Source: Octopus vulgaris
Lineage: Eukaryota
Assembly: GCA_951406725.2 (NCBI GenBank)
Contig: OX597835.1
Span: 19,158,001-19,222,000, forward strand
Length of the DNA: 64,000 bases
Reading direction: 5' to 3'
Position 1 is the first letter of the stretch, and each line of letters opens with the position of its first letter. Positions 13,909-26,524 of the stretch are shown here, piece after piece. The notes under the pieces are model-generated. The model was given only the letters and a program-made list of their open reading frames with translations, did not search any database and was not told where the DNA came from. Made by a program: the position numbers and the translations under genes.

Positions 13909-14245
13909 ATATATGCGTGTCTGTCTGTGTGTATGAGTGTTTGTGATTGTGCATATATGCTCTTCAGTCTTTTCCCGCGTCCATTTGCATTATTATAGTT
14001 CTGGAATATTCCGGCTTTATCTTGTAGTATTCCAAAACGTATTAAACAAATCTTGTTTACGTTGTGTTGACTTAAACCAAATACAAAAGAAAGAAAAATA
14101 TTTCATTTTTGTTTTCTACCTTTTGTTTACGTTTCGACATTTTTATAAATTTACAGTGATATTTCACAATTGTTGAATTAAAAATTACTGCACCATGAGA
14201 AATAAATCTGCACACATATGCATAAGGACAAATACACTAGTGTAT

Positions 14246-14277
<32 letters not shown>

Positions 14278-14323
14278 CTATGTATCTGTCTCTTTGTGTG
14301 TTTTTCCCCGTGTGTGTGTATAT

Positions 14324-14358
<35 letters not shown>

Positions 14359-14388
14359 CACACACGGGGAAAACACACAAAGAGACAG

Positions 14389-14437
<49 letters not shown>

Positions 14438-14477
14438 GATATATATGTAGATATATCTTTGTGCATGTGTTTGTACG

Positions 14478-14518
<41 letters not shown>

Positions 14519-14537
14519 TTGTGTATGTGTTTGTATG

Positions 14538-14600
<63 letters not shown>

Positions 14601-14689
14601 GGAGAGGAGAGATGAATATAGAGATAGATGTAGATACATACATATATACATATTTTGTGCTCTATTTTGTTGGCTACTAACTTACTGCG

Positions 14690-15430
14690 CCACAATATAT
14701 ATAGAGATACGCAGAGAGTGTTGGGAGAGAGTCGGTGAGCTGTGTGAAGCCGAGTGTAATTACAAGTATTGTGTATCTTGAGTAGGTCGATTTGCGAGGA
14801 TGTTATTTATTATCCCGATATATCGGCGCAGGAGTGGCTGTGTGGTAAGTAGCTTGCTTCCCAACTATATGGTTCCGGGTTCATTCCCATTGCGTGGCAC
14901 CTTGGGCAAGTGTCTTCTTCTATAGCCACGGGCCGACCAAAGCCTTGTGAGTGGATTTGGTGGACGGAAACTGAAAGAAGCCCGTCGTATATATGTATAT
15001 GTGTGTGCGTGTTTGTGTGTATGTTTGTATGCCTTCATCGCTTGACAACCGATGTTGGAGTGTTTACGTCCCCGTAACTTAGCGGTTCGGCAAAAGAGAT
15101 CGACCGAATAAGTACTAGGCTTACAAAGAATATGTCCTGGGATCGATTTGCTCGACTAAAAGGAGGTGCTCCAGCATGGCCCCAGTCAAATGATTGAAAG
15201 AAGTAAAAGAGTAAAAGAGAGAGTAAAGAGTATCGTACGTCGAAGGTGCAATACAACAGTGGCGACGAGGATTCGAACCATAACGCCACGGATGCAATAG
15301 TGGCGTCGAGATTTTCATCAGTACCGAAGTTTCGAACAATATTGAAACTGAAAGTAGCACCGAAATGGAAGAGTTACTGAAAGCGGTCGTAAAACGAAAT
15401 GAGCAGCAGCAGAAAGCGGAGGCGCAGTAA
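14690..15430 (+). mobile_element. Gypsy (Mag-like) LTR retrotransposon 5' remnant: LTR, PBS and start of gag
   Basis: LTR ends ...TACAACA at 15258; PBS TGGCGACGAGGAT (15260-15272) is complementary to the tRNA-Ser(GCU) 3' end; then MEELLKAVVKRNEQQQKAEAQ*; LTR resembles 16060-16234 and is interrupted by SINE-B. Confidence 0.7.
14825..15230 (+). mobile_element. Full-length SINE family B inserted in the LTR
   Basis: Complete head and tail; short TSD tatc. Confidence 0.92.
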
Positions 15431-15496
15431 AATGAAACTACTTGCTTTGGTAGGCAGGTAAGTCATTTTGATCCTCATTTTTACACCTTCATAATT

Positions 15497-16020
15497 CATT
15501 CGAGCTTTGGTGTTTGAGAAGACTTTTACGGAATCCATGGCCAGCGAGGCCGACCAATGGAGAAGTTCTTAAGCAGATCAGGCCGAAAATGTCACTAGAA
15601 GCTTGGATCATCAAGCATAGATTGGCATATTTTGGTCATATTATGAGGAGAAAATCCCTGGAGAAGGACATCATACTCGGAATGGTCAGTGGCAAGAGAG
15701 GAACAGGCCGACCAATGGAGAAGTTCTTAAGCAGATCAGGACGAGAATGTCACTAGAAGCTAGGATCACCAAGCATAGATTGGCATATTTTGGTCATATT
15801 ATGAGGAGAAAATCCCTGGAGAAGGACATCATGCTCGCAATAGTCAGTGACAAGAGAGGAAGAGGCCAATCAAGAACCCGCTGGCTTGACACCATCAAGA
15901 CTGATACCGGAATGGACATAGCAAGTCTGAGAGAAGCGGCCCAGGATAGAACTGACTGGAGGTCACTGATCCATGGAGTAACCGAGAGTCGACTTCGACT
16001 GAGCGGATATATAGATAGAT
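15497..16020 (+). pseudogene. RTE-clade (BovB-like) LINE 3' fragment with a ~158-bp internal tandem duplication
   Basis: FELWCLRRLLR..W, RLAYFGHIMRRKSLEKDIML...KRGRGQSRTRWLD and WRSLIHGVTESRLRLS are typical RTE/BovB C-terminal motifs; (ATAG)n tail. Confidence 0.9.
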
Positions 16021-16059
16021 GTATTTATATGTACCCCAATGTATTGATTTGTGTGTCCT

Positions 16060-16234
16060 TGTGATGTCCCCTCTTTATAAAGGCCATGTGCCTAAATCAA
16101 AGAAATAGAGCTGTGTAAGGACGCGAGTTGCGTATTGTCCAGTGTAGTTACAATTCTTGTATCTTGAGCAGAACACTTTGCAAGGAAGTTATTTATTATC
16201 CCGTTATATCGTACGTCAAATGTGCGATACAACA
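16060..16234 (+). mobile_element. LTR (TG...CA) related to the 14690-15258 LTR
   Basis: Shared blocks gagctgtgt, tgtatcttgag, gttattt(t)attatcccg, tatcgtacgtc and atacaaca. Confidence 0.65.
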
Positions 16235-16285
16235 GTTAGATAGATAGATGCAGATAGATAGATAGATACATACATACATAATTAT

Positions 16286-16359
<74 letters not shown>

Positions 16360-17352
16360 TGTTTCTTTATTAGCCACACAGTGCTGCACACAGACAGGAC
16401 AAAATTACAAGGTAGAGCTTTTGGGGGTAAAATAAGGGGGTTTGGTTTTCGATCAAAACGGATCGTAAATGGAAAGAAAGAGGACAAAAAAGGGGGGGGA
16501 TAAAATAAAATTAAAAATAAAGGTGGGTGGAAGGAAAAAAAATTGATCAATAGGGATCGTTATCACAGAAAATAGATAGACAGAGGTAGTTACATCGTAT
16601 GCATATACTTATATGACATTGCACATATATATGTGGACATACATACATACACACACATGCACGCACGTATATATACACTCGCCACGAAGTATCTTCTATG
16701 CTATTATTCAGAATTGTATCTGACTGCTTTGATATTTTATTATACATAAAACCACACACATAATGTGTACACATACAGACACACTCATGTATATAAAGAG
16801 AGTGAGCGAGAGAGTGAAAGATATAGAGACAAGCAGACAGACAGATAGACAAAGATTGAGAGAGGAAGAGAGAGAGAAAGAGAAGTACACACATAAAGAA
16901 GTATTGCTAATTACCATTAACAGATTTTAGACCTGACAATCATTCGGATATCGCTAAATATCTCCCGGAAAATAGGCTGAAGCAGATATATGACCTATCA
17001 ATCTCTCTTTGTACATGCTTAAGCCGATTATGAACTGACCTGAATGATGATCTGTGCTAAATCCGTTAATCTCTATGAATATAACACTGCAATTCATATA
17101 AATACGATTTGGAAGAAAGATAATAGAAGCAGATCCTGTTATGGTTAAACAAAACCTAACTAGTGGTTTGTGATTGTCATACACCTAGAATCTGATTAGT
17201 TATGCTGAGATTATTTGTTTTCAGATTCTCTGTGAAACAGAAAATTTTAAGACATACTGATACTAATATGAAGTAATGTAGCTCCTGCTAATAGTCGGTC
17301 GAAAAATGGAATAGTATGTATCATTGTGTTAATGGCAGATATTATAGAAAAC

Positions 17353-17817
17353 GGATCCTTTCGGTTTGAACGGCAGTTTTTTAAAATAATTTCCACGTAA
17401 CTAAACACTTTTAAACTTCGTATACTGGTAGAATGTGTTTATAAAACATCATTTTCTCTTGGCTTTATAGAGAAATTTCTATAGTTTGTAAGATATTTGT
17501 TGTTGTCTTTCTTCAATTTCTGCAATTTCAACCAATCAATGACGTACATTGAGGTAAACAACATTCTGTGCCGTATGAATATGTCCCTCGTTTAAGAAAC
17601 AGATTGGGTTTATTTACATTTGTGAAGAAAAAAAGATACCCTTATCCCACCCCTAACCCTAACCCTAACTAACCCTAACTAACTCTAACTAACCCTAACT
17701 CTAACTCTAACCCTAAAACAGATTGAAATACAATAGATCGATACTAGGGTCGTAATTATGGGTGACAATTTAATATGACACAGCTAGAAAAAACTGCCGT
17801 TCAAACCGAAGAGATCC
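17353..17817. mobile_element. TTAGGG-containing MITE, copy 2 (opposite orientation to copy 1)
   Basis: TIRs GGATCCTTTCGGTTTGAACGGCAG / CTGCCGTTCAAACCGAAGAGATCC; flanked by a 21-bp direct repeat. Confidence 0.9.
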
Positions 17818-17884
17818 ATGGCAGATATTATATAAAACTTTTATGCAAAATAAGGCATATATTTATACGGACTCATGTTACTTC

Positions 17885-18146
17885 TCATAGGGGCCGGTTT
17901 CTTTGGCGTATAGGTCCCCCACCTGGACAGGATGCCGGTTCGTCGCATGTGAGCTGCAAGATACAGGATGAAAGAGTGAGAAAAAGTTGTGGTGAAAGAG
18001 TCAGCAGAAGTTCGCCATTACCTTCTGCCGGAGCCGTGTGGAACTTAGGTGTTTCGCTCATAAAGACACACCGCCCGGTCTGAAATTCGAACCCGTGATC
18101 CCTCGACCGCGTGTCCGCTGCCCTAACCACTAGGCCATGTGCCTCC
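17885..18146 (-). mobile_element. SINE with an A-like head and body but a different tail
   Basis: Head resembles family A; tail (gcgacgaaccggcatcctgtccagg...tacgcca...gaaaccgg) resembles the tail of the 20113 element. Confidence 0.75.
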
Positions 18147-19378
18147 CCACCATCAAGTGTAAAAGTAAAGTATTTGTTACTGGTTCGAAATTAAACTGAC
18201 AGGAGAGAATGTCGTTATGTAAATCTATTTGTAGGCCAAGCCAGTGTACATACTCCACGCTACATTATTATTAGATAAATGCGGAGCGTTAGGAATTGGA
18301 GAGAAAAACTCGAAGGGTTCTCATAAAACAACGCCGAGCACCGTTAATGTAATTTCGAAAGGATCTGCTTAGCAACAAATCAAAAAGACTCTAAGGGAGT
18401 GGAGGTTTGTTAAATACAGAACAAATTTTCAGTGCTGTAATTTGGGGTTTTAAAACTGTTTTCAGGTGTGAAGTAATTATATGATCTGAAATATCGAAGA
18501 CGTCATTGAAACGTAGAGTTACATTAAGAAGAGACGAAGAGCGGCAGAATAAATATCAGCGAATAGAAAGAATTACTAAGCCGATTCATACATACGCTAA
18601 ACCAGGGATGTTGGAAATAAAGAACGTTGGTTGTGGCCGAGAGAAAAATTCTGAAATGAGAAACTGAAACACAAATTAGAGTCGCCCAGAAACAAGAAAT
18701 TACAACGCACTAGATAAAGGCAAATATTAATAAGATTAAATCAGAGAGCAAAAGCAGAATTTGTGAGAACGGAGAAATAATAATATAGCTGTTAAATCAA
18801 TGCAAAAAGCCAGCACAAAAGGAATATAGGTACATGAATGAGAGTATCATTGAAAATTACATCAGATGTTAGGATATTAGTCAAATTTGTGGATTCGAAG
18901 TTAGAGGATGTGTGGTATGAAGAAGAACCAGATACTATGATGGTAAATTACGAATGATCTTAGAGGATTTCAGTGTAGAAAGCAATATTGAAGCAAGAGA
19001 CACAACAAATATGACCGTGGATGTCAGAGAAAGACACAAAAAGACAATATAAGGTCTTTGACTTTGCAACCCTGTAATGTAAAGGAATGGACATGGAAAA
19101 AAATCTATGTCGTTCAAGAATATCAGAATGCAGGCAGAGGAGTAACGCAGGCCATAGTGGTAATGATAAACGTTAGTGGTCATACACTCCAGCTTCATGT
19201 CGATGAAGTGTGTCCGTATACATTCTTATTATCTGCCATGTAAAAACATGTACACATGTATTTGTATTTGTACGTATGAGTGTGCATTGGCACATATATG
19301 TTTATGTATGCGTGAATATACACGTTATGTGTGTATGTGCGCGTGTGTTTGTACATATGTATATGTATGTATGTATGT

Positions 19379-19527
19379 ACTTAGCGGTTCGGCAAAGAGC
19401 CCGATAGATTAAGTACTGGGCTTACAAAGAATAAGTCCCGGGGTCGATTTGTTCGACTAAAGGCGGTGCTCCAGCATGGCCGCAGTCAAATGACTGAAAC
19501 AAGTAAAAGAGTTAAAGAGTAAAAAGA

Positions 19528-19529
<2 letters not shown>
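19379..19529 (+). mobile_element. 5'-truncated SINE-B
   Basis: acttagcggttcggcaaa...gagtaaaaagag. Confidence 0.85.
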
Positions 19530-19579
<50 letters not shown>

Positions 19580-19582
19580 GTG

Positions 19583-19615
<33 letters not shown>

Positions 19616-19667
19616 GTGTATATATATATATATACTTTATTTAAAGCAGCAGAAAATTCAACAAAAT

Positions 19668-19705
19668 CTGTTACTCTGAGTTTCTCGTTGCCGTTCATCA
19701 GACAG
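19668..19705 (-). ncRNA. Minimal type I hammerhead ribozyme with canonical core
   Basis: CUGU-CUGAUGA-ACG-GCAA-CGA-GAAAC-UCAGA-GUA-ACAG. Confidence 0.75.
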
Positions 19706-19809
19706 TTTTTGCTACATACATACATACATATACATATGTACAAACACACGCGCACATACACACATAACGTGTATATTCACGCAAACATAAACATATATGT
19801 GAGCAAAAA

Positions 19810-19847
19810 CTGTCTGATAAACGGCAACGAGAAACTCAGAGTAACAG
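19810..19847 (+). ncRNA. Hammerhead copy with a core mutation (CUGAUAA)
   Basis: AAAACUGU-CUGAUAA-ACGGCAACGA-GAAAC-UCAGA-GUA-ACAGUUUU. Confidence 0.6.
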
Positions 19848-19948
19848 TTTTGTTGAATTTTCTGCTGCTTTAAATAAAGCATATTACTCTACCACTGGTA
19901 TTTGAGTACTCTTTTTTCCACCTTGTTTCACATTTATGTGTTTACTCC

Positions 19949-20368
<420 letters not shown>

Positions 20369-20393
20369 ATTTTAAATATATATTTACAATCTG

Positions 20394-20703
20394 TGGAGGC
20401 GCAATGTCCCAGTGGTTAGGGCAGCGGACTCGCGGTCGTAGGATCGTGGTTTCGATTCCCATACCGGGCGTTGTGAGTGTTTATTGAGCGAAAACAACTG
20501 AAAGCACCACGAGGCTCCGGCAGGGGGTGGTGATCCCTGCTGTACTCTTTCACCACCCTTTCTCTCACTCTTTCTTCTATTGGCCTGCTCGCTTAGCCAG
20601 CGGGGTGGCGCCATTCGAAACTATGCTAAAACAATGCGAACGCATTATGACCAGCGATGTGTAACAACATCTGATGTTCTGGTCGGTCACGGGATCACGG
20701 GAT
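20394..20703 (+). mobile_element. SINE with a family-A 5' half and an alternative 3' tail
   Basis: Matches family A up to ~20570, then an unrelated tail ending in CACGGGAT repeats; TSD atttacaat. Confidence 0.85.
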
Positions 20704-20726
20704 TTACAATATATATCCATTCATAC

Positions 20727-20958
20727 AGGCGGTGAGCTGGCAGAAACGTTAGCACGCCGGGCGAAATGCGTAGCCATATTTCGTCCGCCGTAACGTTCTG
20801 AGTTCAAATTCCACTGAGGTCGACTTTGCCTTTCATCCTTTCGGGGTCGATAAATAAAGTACCAGTTACGCACTGGTGTCGATGTAATCGACTTAATCCC
20901 TTTGTCTGTCCTTGTTTGTCCCCTCTATGTTTAGCCCTTTGTGGGCAGTAAAGAAATA
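20727..20958 (+). mobile_element. SINE family C monomer
   Basis: GGCGGTGAGCTGGCAGAAACGTTAGCACG...GAGTTCAAATTCC...GCCTTTCATCCTTTCGGGGTCGATAAA...AAAGAAATA. Confidence 0.9.
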
Positions 20959-22529
20959 TATATGCATACATATACATTGTATACATGCATATATATGCGT
21001 TATTGCATGTGGGTGTGGATTTGTTTGAGTTTATGTGCCCATCTACAGCCATGTACGCGCATTAACGCAGAGAAAGATAGAGGAATTTACAAACATATAT
21101 TTAGAATCTGACGAAGAAGAAGAATTTCTGATTGCCATTGACTCCATCCTTACCAAAGCGAAATCGTTGATGTTACTTGAGATCTTTGAAACACACTTTA
21201 TCTCTCTTTTAAGAAACCTAACGTGTCTTTTGAACTATGATAATAAGACCCTCAAACCCTTCTTAGAACACGGCTAAAAACCTAGCAACAAAACTCTCTC
21301 TATCTTTCTATCTCTCACTCTCTCTTTCTCACTCACACCGATTCTTTACAACTGGCAAATAATCAAATTTTAACTTGAGCCGCACTTGATTATAACGAAG
21401 CCATACCTAGAGGTGGGTTTAAAGAGAAAATATCTTAAAGTTAATTCAACAACACAGAACATATTATCATACGTTAACAGAACTATATAAAAGAAGAATG
21501 CCCTTAAGGACTCTCTGTTATCATAGTTGAATCTAACCAGTGGCCAGATCTTTCGTTGAATTACTTGAGGAAAAAACACTTCGAAACAAAAGATAGATTC
21601 TATCAACTTTTGAACAAAAAGACAATAACAAATTACGTATTCTACAAAACAATATTTTGCTCAAGTTCTGCTTTATTTTACCTCATATCAACGTGGTTTA
21701 AAATTTCACGGTAATTAAGATATGATTAAAAGATGAAAACTGGAATATTCTCAACGGACAGCCTACACTCTAGAATCTAAATGCCCAAAATATAAGATAA
21801 TTTATAATGTAATTAATTAGTCGCGCACGAAGCAACGAAGCTTAAAGTCTAGGTTTGTGACGAAATTATGTGTATAGTTATACGTACACGTTTGTGTACA
21901 AACAAACGATGCAACTATATTTGCTGAGAATACTATCTTGAGAGAGAAGTTCTACAGATGGTCAGTTAGTATGTGAACACACCAGTGAATATGGATGATT
22001 TCACCCAGATATAATTAGATCTCACTGTGTTTAATTATACATGCCTATATTTTAAACTTTGCGGCATACTATGTCTCTAATTAATTGCTTCCAACTTGGA
22101 AATGTTTTGTGGACATCAGCAAATTTAATATTTCCTGTTTAAATGTTAGAATGACAGTTTTTAGTGGTCTCGGGACGACGGTTTTAGGATTAGTAACAAA
22201 TGAAGTGTAACCATGCAGAAACACGTCGTAAGGTTGGTTAATGCCAAGCGAAATGTTTTCACAAATATTGCCTACAAGAAAAGAAATCGTGCTTTATTAG
22301 CAAAACGCTGACATTAAAAATCACAAACAGTTGAAGCATCACACGCTAGAATTGAGAATTCCGTAAATGGCTAAATCAAATATGCAGAAAGCGAATCTGA
22401 AATTTCTGAAGAATGTAGATTTCATTTATGCTTTGTGGTGTAGAAAAAAATGAAAAAATAACCTCCAAATTCAAACGCAAATACAAGAATTGTGAACAAT
22501 GGAATGTTTATTTCAAGGCCGGGTACTTA

Positions 22530-23100
22530 AGGCGGTGAGCTGGCAGAAACGTTAGCACGCCGGGCGAAATGCGTAGCCGTATTTCGTCTGCCGTTACGTT
22601 CTGAGTTCAAATTCCGCCGAGGTCCACTTTGCCTTTTATCCTTTCGGGGTCGATAAATTAAGTACCAGATACGCAATGGGGTCGATGTAATCGCTTTAAT
22701 CCGTTTGTCTGTCCTTGTTTGTCCTATCTGTGTTTAGCCCCTTCTGGGTACTAAAGAAATAGAAATAGGTATTTCGTCTGTCGCTACGTTCTGAGTTCAA
22801 ATTCCGCCGAGGTCCACTTTGCCTTTTATCCTTTCGGGGTCGATAAATTAAGTACTAGATACGCACTGGGGTCGATATAATCGATTTAATCCGTTTGTCT
22901 GTCCTTGTTTGTCCTATCTGTGTTTAGCCCCTTGTGGGTTCTAAAGAAATAGATATAGGTATTTCGTCTGCCGCTACGTTCTGAGTTCAAATTCCGCCGA
23001 GGTCCACTTTGCCTTTCATCCTTTCGGGGTCGATTAATAAGTACCATTTACGCACTGAGGTCGATATAATCGTCTTAAACCGTTTGTCTGTCCTTGTTTG
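22530..23100 (+). mobile_element. SINE family C tandem trimer (~190-bp units)
   Basis: One full monomer followed by two head-truncated units restarting at gtatttcgtctg. Confidence 0.9.
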
Positions 23101-23257
23101 TATAGGTGTGTGACAAATAATGTGTCAGCATATATATGTAGGCGGGTATCTTGACGACATTATGGTAGCGTGGTTATAGAACTTCGTTTGCAAATAATAA
23201 TATACTGAGTTTTGCGCCATTGGAGAACCTCTTTGTTTTGCGTATTTTGCGATAGAT

Positions 23258-23349
<92 letters not shown>

Positions 23350-25269
23350 GTTTGAAGTTGTGCAGATGAAAGGAAATGCAACTGTCCGTCGAGTGGAACA
23401 TACCTCGATTGCAGCAAGTGAAATTTGCTAGTCTTAAGATGTATAATGATTGTGGTAGGTGAAGAGTTCATTGACTTACCTTGCCAGCAGACTAAGCTCT
23501 TCAGGTTTTAAATAAACTTATTTAAATATTTCTATAAATAGTGTCGAATAATTGAGGAAGAGTTACGCAAACACAATTACACACACAAGGCACGGACATT
23601 GATAAGATACCCCATCACCAAATCACTAGAATCTTTTCGTCGTCTTCCTCTCTCATTGCAGTAGCAAGTTATGAACTATCATAAACTGTCAAGCCCTGAA
23701 ATTTTAGAAAAAGATTCCAAGATGTTCCTTCTAAGTATGCTGTCGGTAATGTGGGATCCCTTTCAGAGATAAATTGAAGAGACAGAATGGAATGGATGAA
23801 AATTGTATTTTCTGAGGAAATATTTTGTAATGTTTGCCTTTCTTCTACAGCATTGCATAAATCGTTGCTAAGCTACAAGACACGAAGTAAAAGAACTGTA
23901 CACATCTTTACCTATGATGCTTTATGTATTCCTGAGGCACCAAAATGGATGTACTTAATCTATTGAGTATATAACTGTAGAAATGTCTTATGTATTATTT
24001 CCAAAACATCCAGATAATATGGAATTATGTTTTGATTTTTCTTTTTTGTTAGGGAAGAGTGGCATTATGGATAACAATTTAAATGGCCTTCAACACTGAT
24101 GGAAAGAGAATGATGGCATTTTCAAAGTGTTATCTGTTCCAAATTCTTGCAATAAGAATGCACTCCTTTAAAGTTATCAAAATAGCCCAGTGACCACCTT
24201 ACGCCACAAGAAAACCAGTAAATCGAACGTACAAGGAAAATATCGCATTGTATCTGAGCCGGGGAGCTTACCATGTTGCTTTGGCTTTTGCATACGTTTA
24301 ATAAGCGATATCTCAAAGTTTCAGTGATAGAATTTCCGAGAATTTCCTTTGTACCTTTCAAAACTTACGTGGAAGAGATCTTTTCCTTTCTTGTTTTCTA
24401 CGAGGGTTATCTCTAGTTGATGTTGCTTCACCTAAACTGAAAACTTTACTCTCAGACATAAAAAAAGAAAATGTCAGCACACCGTACTCTCGACGCATAG
24501 TGTCTCTGGGGCCATTCTCTAGGATGCTGATCATTTGGCTGCTGCTTCTAGCAGATCCATCCACTGCAGAGATATTAAAAAATTATTCATTTTTTTTTCT
24601 TTTAAATTGGTAGTACCACTACGATATTGTATACTTTTACTTGTAATGTAGTTTGACAACTCAGTCTTTGTCAGAACACTACAACCATTATGCAAATTAC
24701 ACTCATAAACACAATAATAATTTTTCATGATTCGAGATATGATATCATGTGTTTTATACGAACGATTCTTGGAGGCTGATTCTGAACCTGATATTAGATT
24801 CTCACAAGCAATTCTACAAAGCTGTTTTGCAAATTTATCTATGTTTATTGCATAATATTGAATTAAATAAAACTTGATACAAAACTTATTTATTCCTTGA
24901 AACGAAATACTAAGAATTCAATTGATTAATTCATATGTAATTAATTTTTAACTCGTTCTTATATCATAGTTTCAATTAACTATACATAATTGATGCGTAT
25001 ACTTTACAGCAATTTTAAAACACGTTATAAATATGGCAGTCTCTCATAAAATCTGAGATATAGGGAAATTATATCCTCTGTATCAAAATAGCTGGCATGG
25101 ATACAGAAACCCAGAAACCTTGGTAACCTGCTTTAATTCAATAATCATCTTCATAGAATGCATCATTTTACTTATTGCTTGGTGCATTAAATAGTTTGTC
25201 GGGAAAACGAAATCTAAATGATAATGTATGGAACACATATATATGTTGTATATATATATATATATATAT

Positions 25270-25609
25270 AATAATAATAAATATTAGGGAATGAATCCAA
25301 AATTACAGGGAAAAATCAGATTTAGGGTTAAATCCAATTTTATAGTAAAATATTATATAATATAATTCGAGACAAAACCACTATTTTAAAACCAAACAAG
25401 GAAAGACTTAATCAATACATAAAATTTTAATATAAATTAAATAAACCGCCACTACAAATGTTTCATGTCTGCTCCGACAATCTTCAGGTGGATTTGTCGG
25501 AGCAGACATGAAACATTTGTAGTGGCGGTTTATTTAATTTATATTAAAATTTTATGTATTGATTAAGTCTTTCCTTGTTTGGTTTTAAAATAGTGGTTTT
25601 GTCTCGAAT

Positions 25610-25620
<11 letters not shown>
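25270..25620. mobile_element. TA-anchored palindromic module (family H1) with ~127-bp arms
   Basis: Arms 25354-25480 and 25494-25620 look perfectly complementary by eye; homologous to 50641-51260 and 44270-44390. Confidence 0.85.
25449..25491 (-). ncRNA. Minimal type I hammerhead ribozyme
   Basis: CCAC-CUGAAGA-UUGUC-GGAGCA-GACAU-GAAAC-AUUU-GUA-GUGG. Confidence 0.78.
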
Positions 25621-25681
<61 letters not shown>

Positions 25682-25690
25682 ATATATATA

Positions 25691-25858
25691 CCGGAGTAAA
25701 CACATACATGTGAAACAAGGTGGAAAAAAAGAGTACTTAAATACCAGTGGTAGAGTAACATGCGTTATTTAAAGCAGCAGAAAATTCAACAAAACCTGAG
25801 TTTCCCATTGCCGTTCATAGTAACAGGTTTTGTTGAATTTTCTGGGGCTTTAAATAAA

Positions 25859-25861
<3 letters not shown>
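25691..25861. mobile_element. Family H2 inverted module with a partly deleted hammerhead
   Basis: Homologous to 19633-19950; long minus arm joined directly to a short plus arm; (TA)n on both sides. Confidence 0.75.
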
Positions 25862-25934
<73 letters not shown>

Positions 25935-25959
25935 TTTTGTGTGTGTGTGTGTGTGTGTA

Positions 25960-26155
25960 TGTTTGTGTGTTTGTGTTTGTCCCCCAACATCGCTTGACAA
26001 CCGAAGCTGCTGTGTTTACGTCGCCGTAACTTAGCGGTTCGGCAAAAGTGACAGATAGTTATAAGTACTAGGCTTACAAAGAATAAATCCTGGGGTCGAT
26101 TTGCTCGACTAAAGGCGGTGCTTCAGCATGGCCACAGTCAAATGACTGAAACAAA
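25960..26155 (+). mobile_element. SINE-B 3' half
   Basis: Tail homology to full-length copies. Confidence 0.85.
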
Positions 26156-26524
26156 ATGACTGAATACTGACTGTAAATTCAATACTTGCTGAAATTTAAA
26201 AGTATAAGAAATGTTGGAAAATTGGTAGAGAAACTGAAACGGATGCCGGAAAGTTCGCACGTACACACACACATACACACACACACACACACACATACAC
26301 ACACACACTCATGCATGTGTTTGTGTGTGTGTGCGTATAATTTGAGGATATCATTAAATCGATTATATCATTGGTTAGCGTATAAAAACACCACATCGGT
26401 AAAATTAATATTTAAGCATATTTTATAAATATATAATTTATAATTGTGTAATTAAATTTATACCGATATGGTTTCTATACGCTGGTCACTGCTATAATAA
26501 TTTTAGTGACTCCATATAAATTCT

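Noticed and set aside
17650-17714. Telomere or chromosome fusion site
   Set aside because: A short internal part of a MITE present in three copies
18540-19200. Possible old LINE RT remnant
   Set aside because: Purine-rich, but no convincing motif could be read
21035-21277. Acidic ORF (ESDEEEE), possibly a transposase N-terminus
   Set aside because: Short, with no supporting motifs or termini
23500-24830. Possible decayed DNA transposon or exons
   Set aside because: No recognisable catalytic motif or consistent open frame
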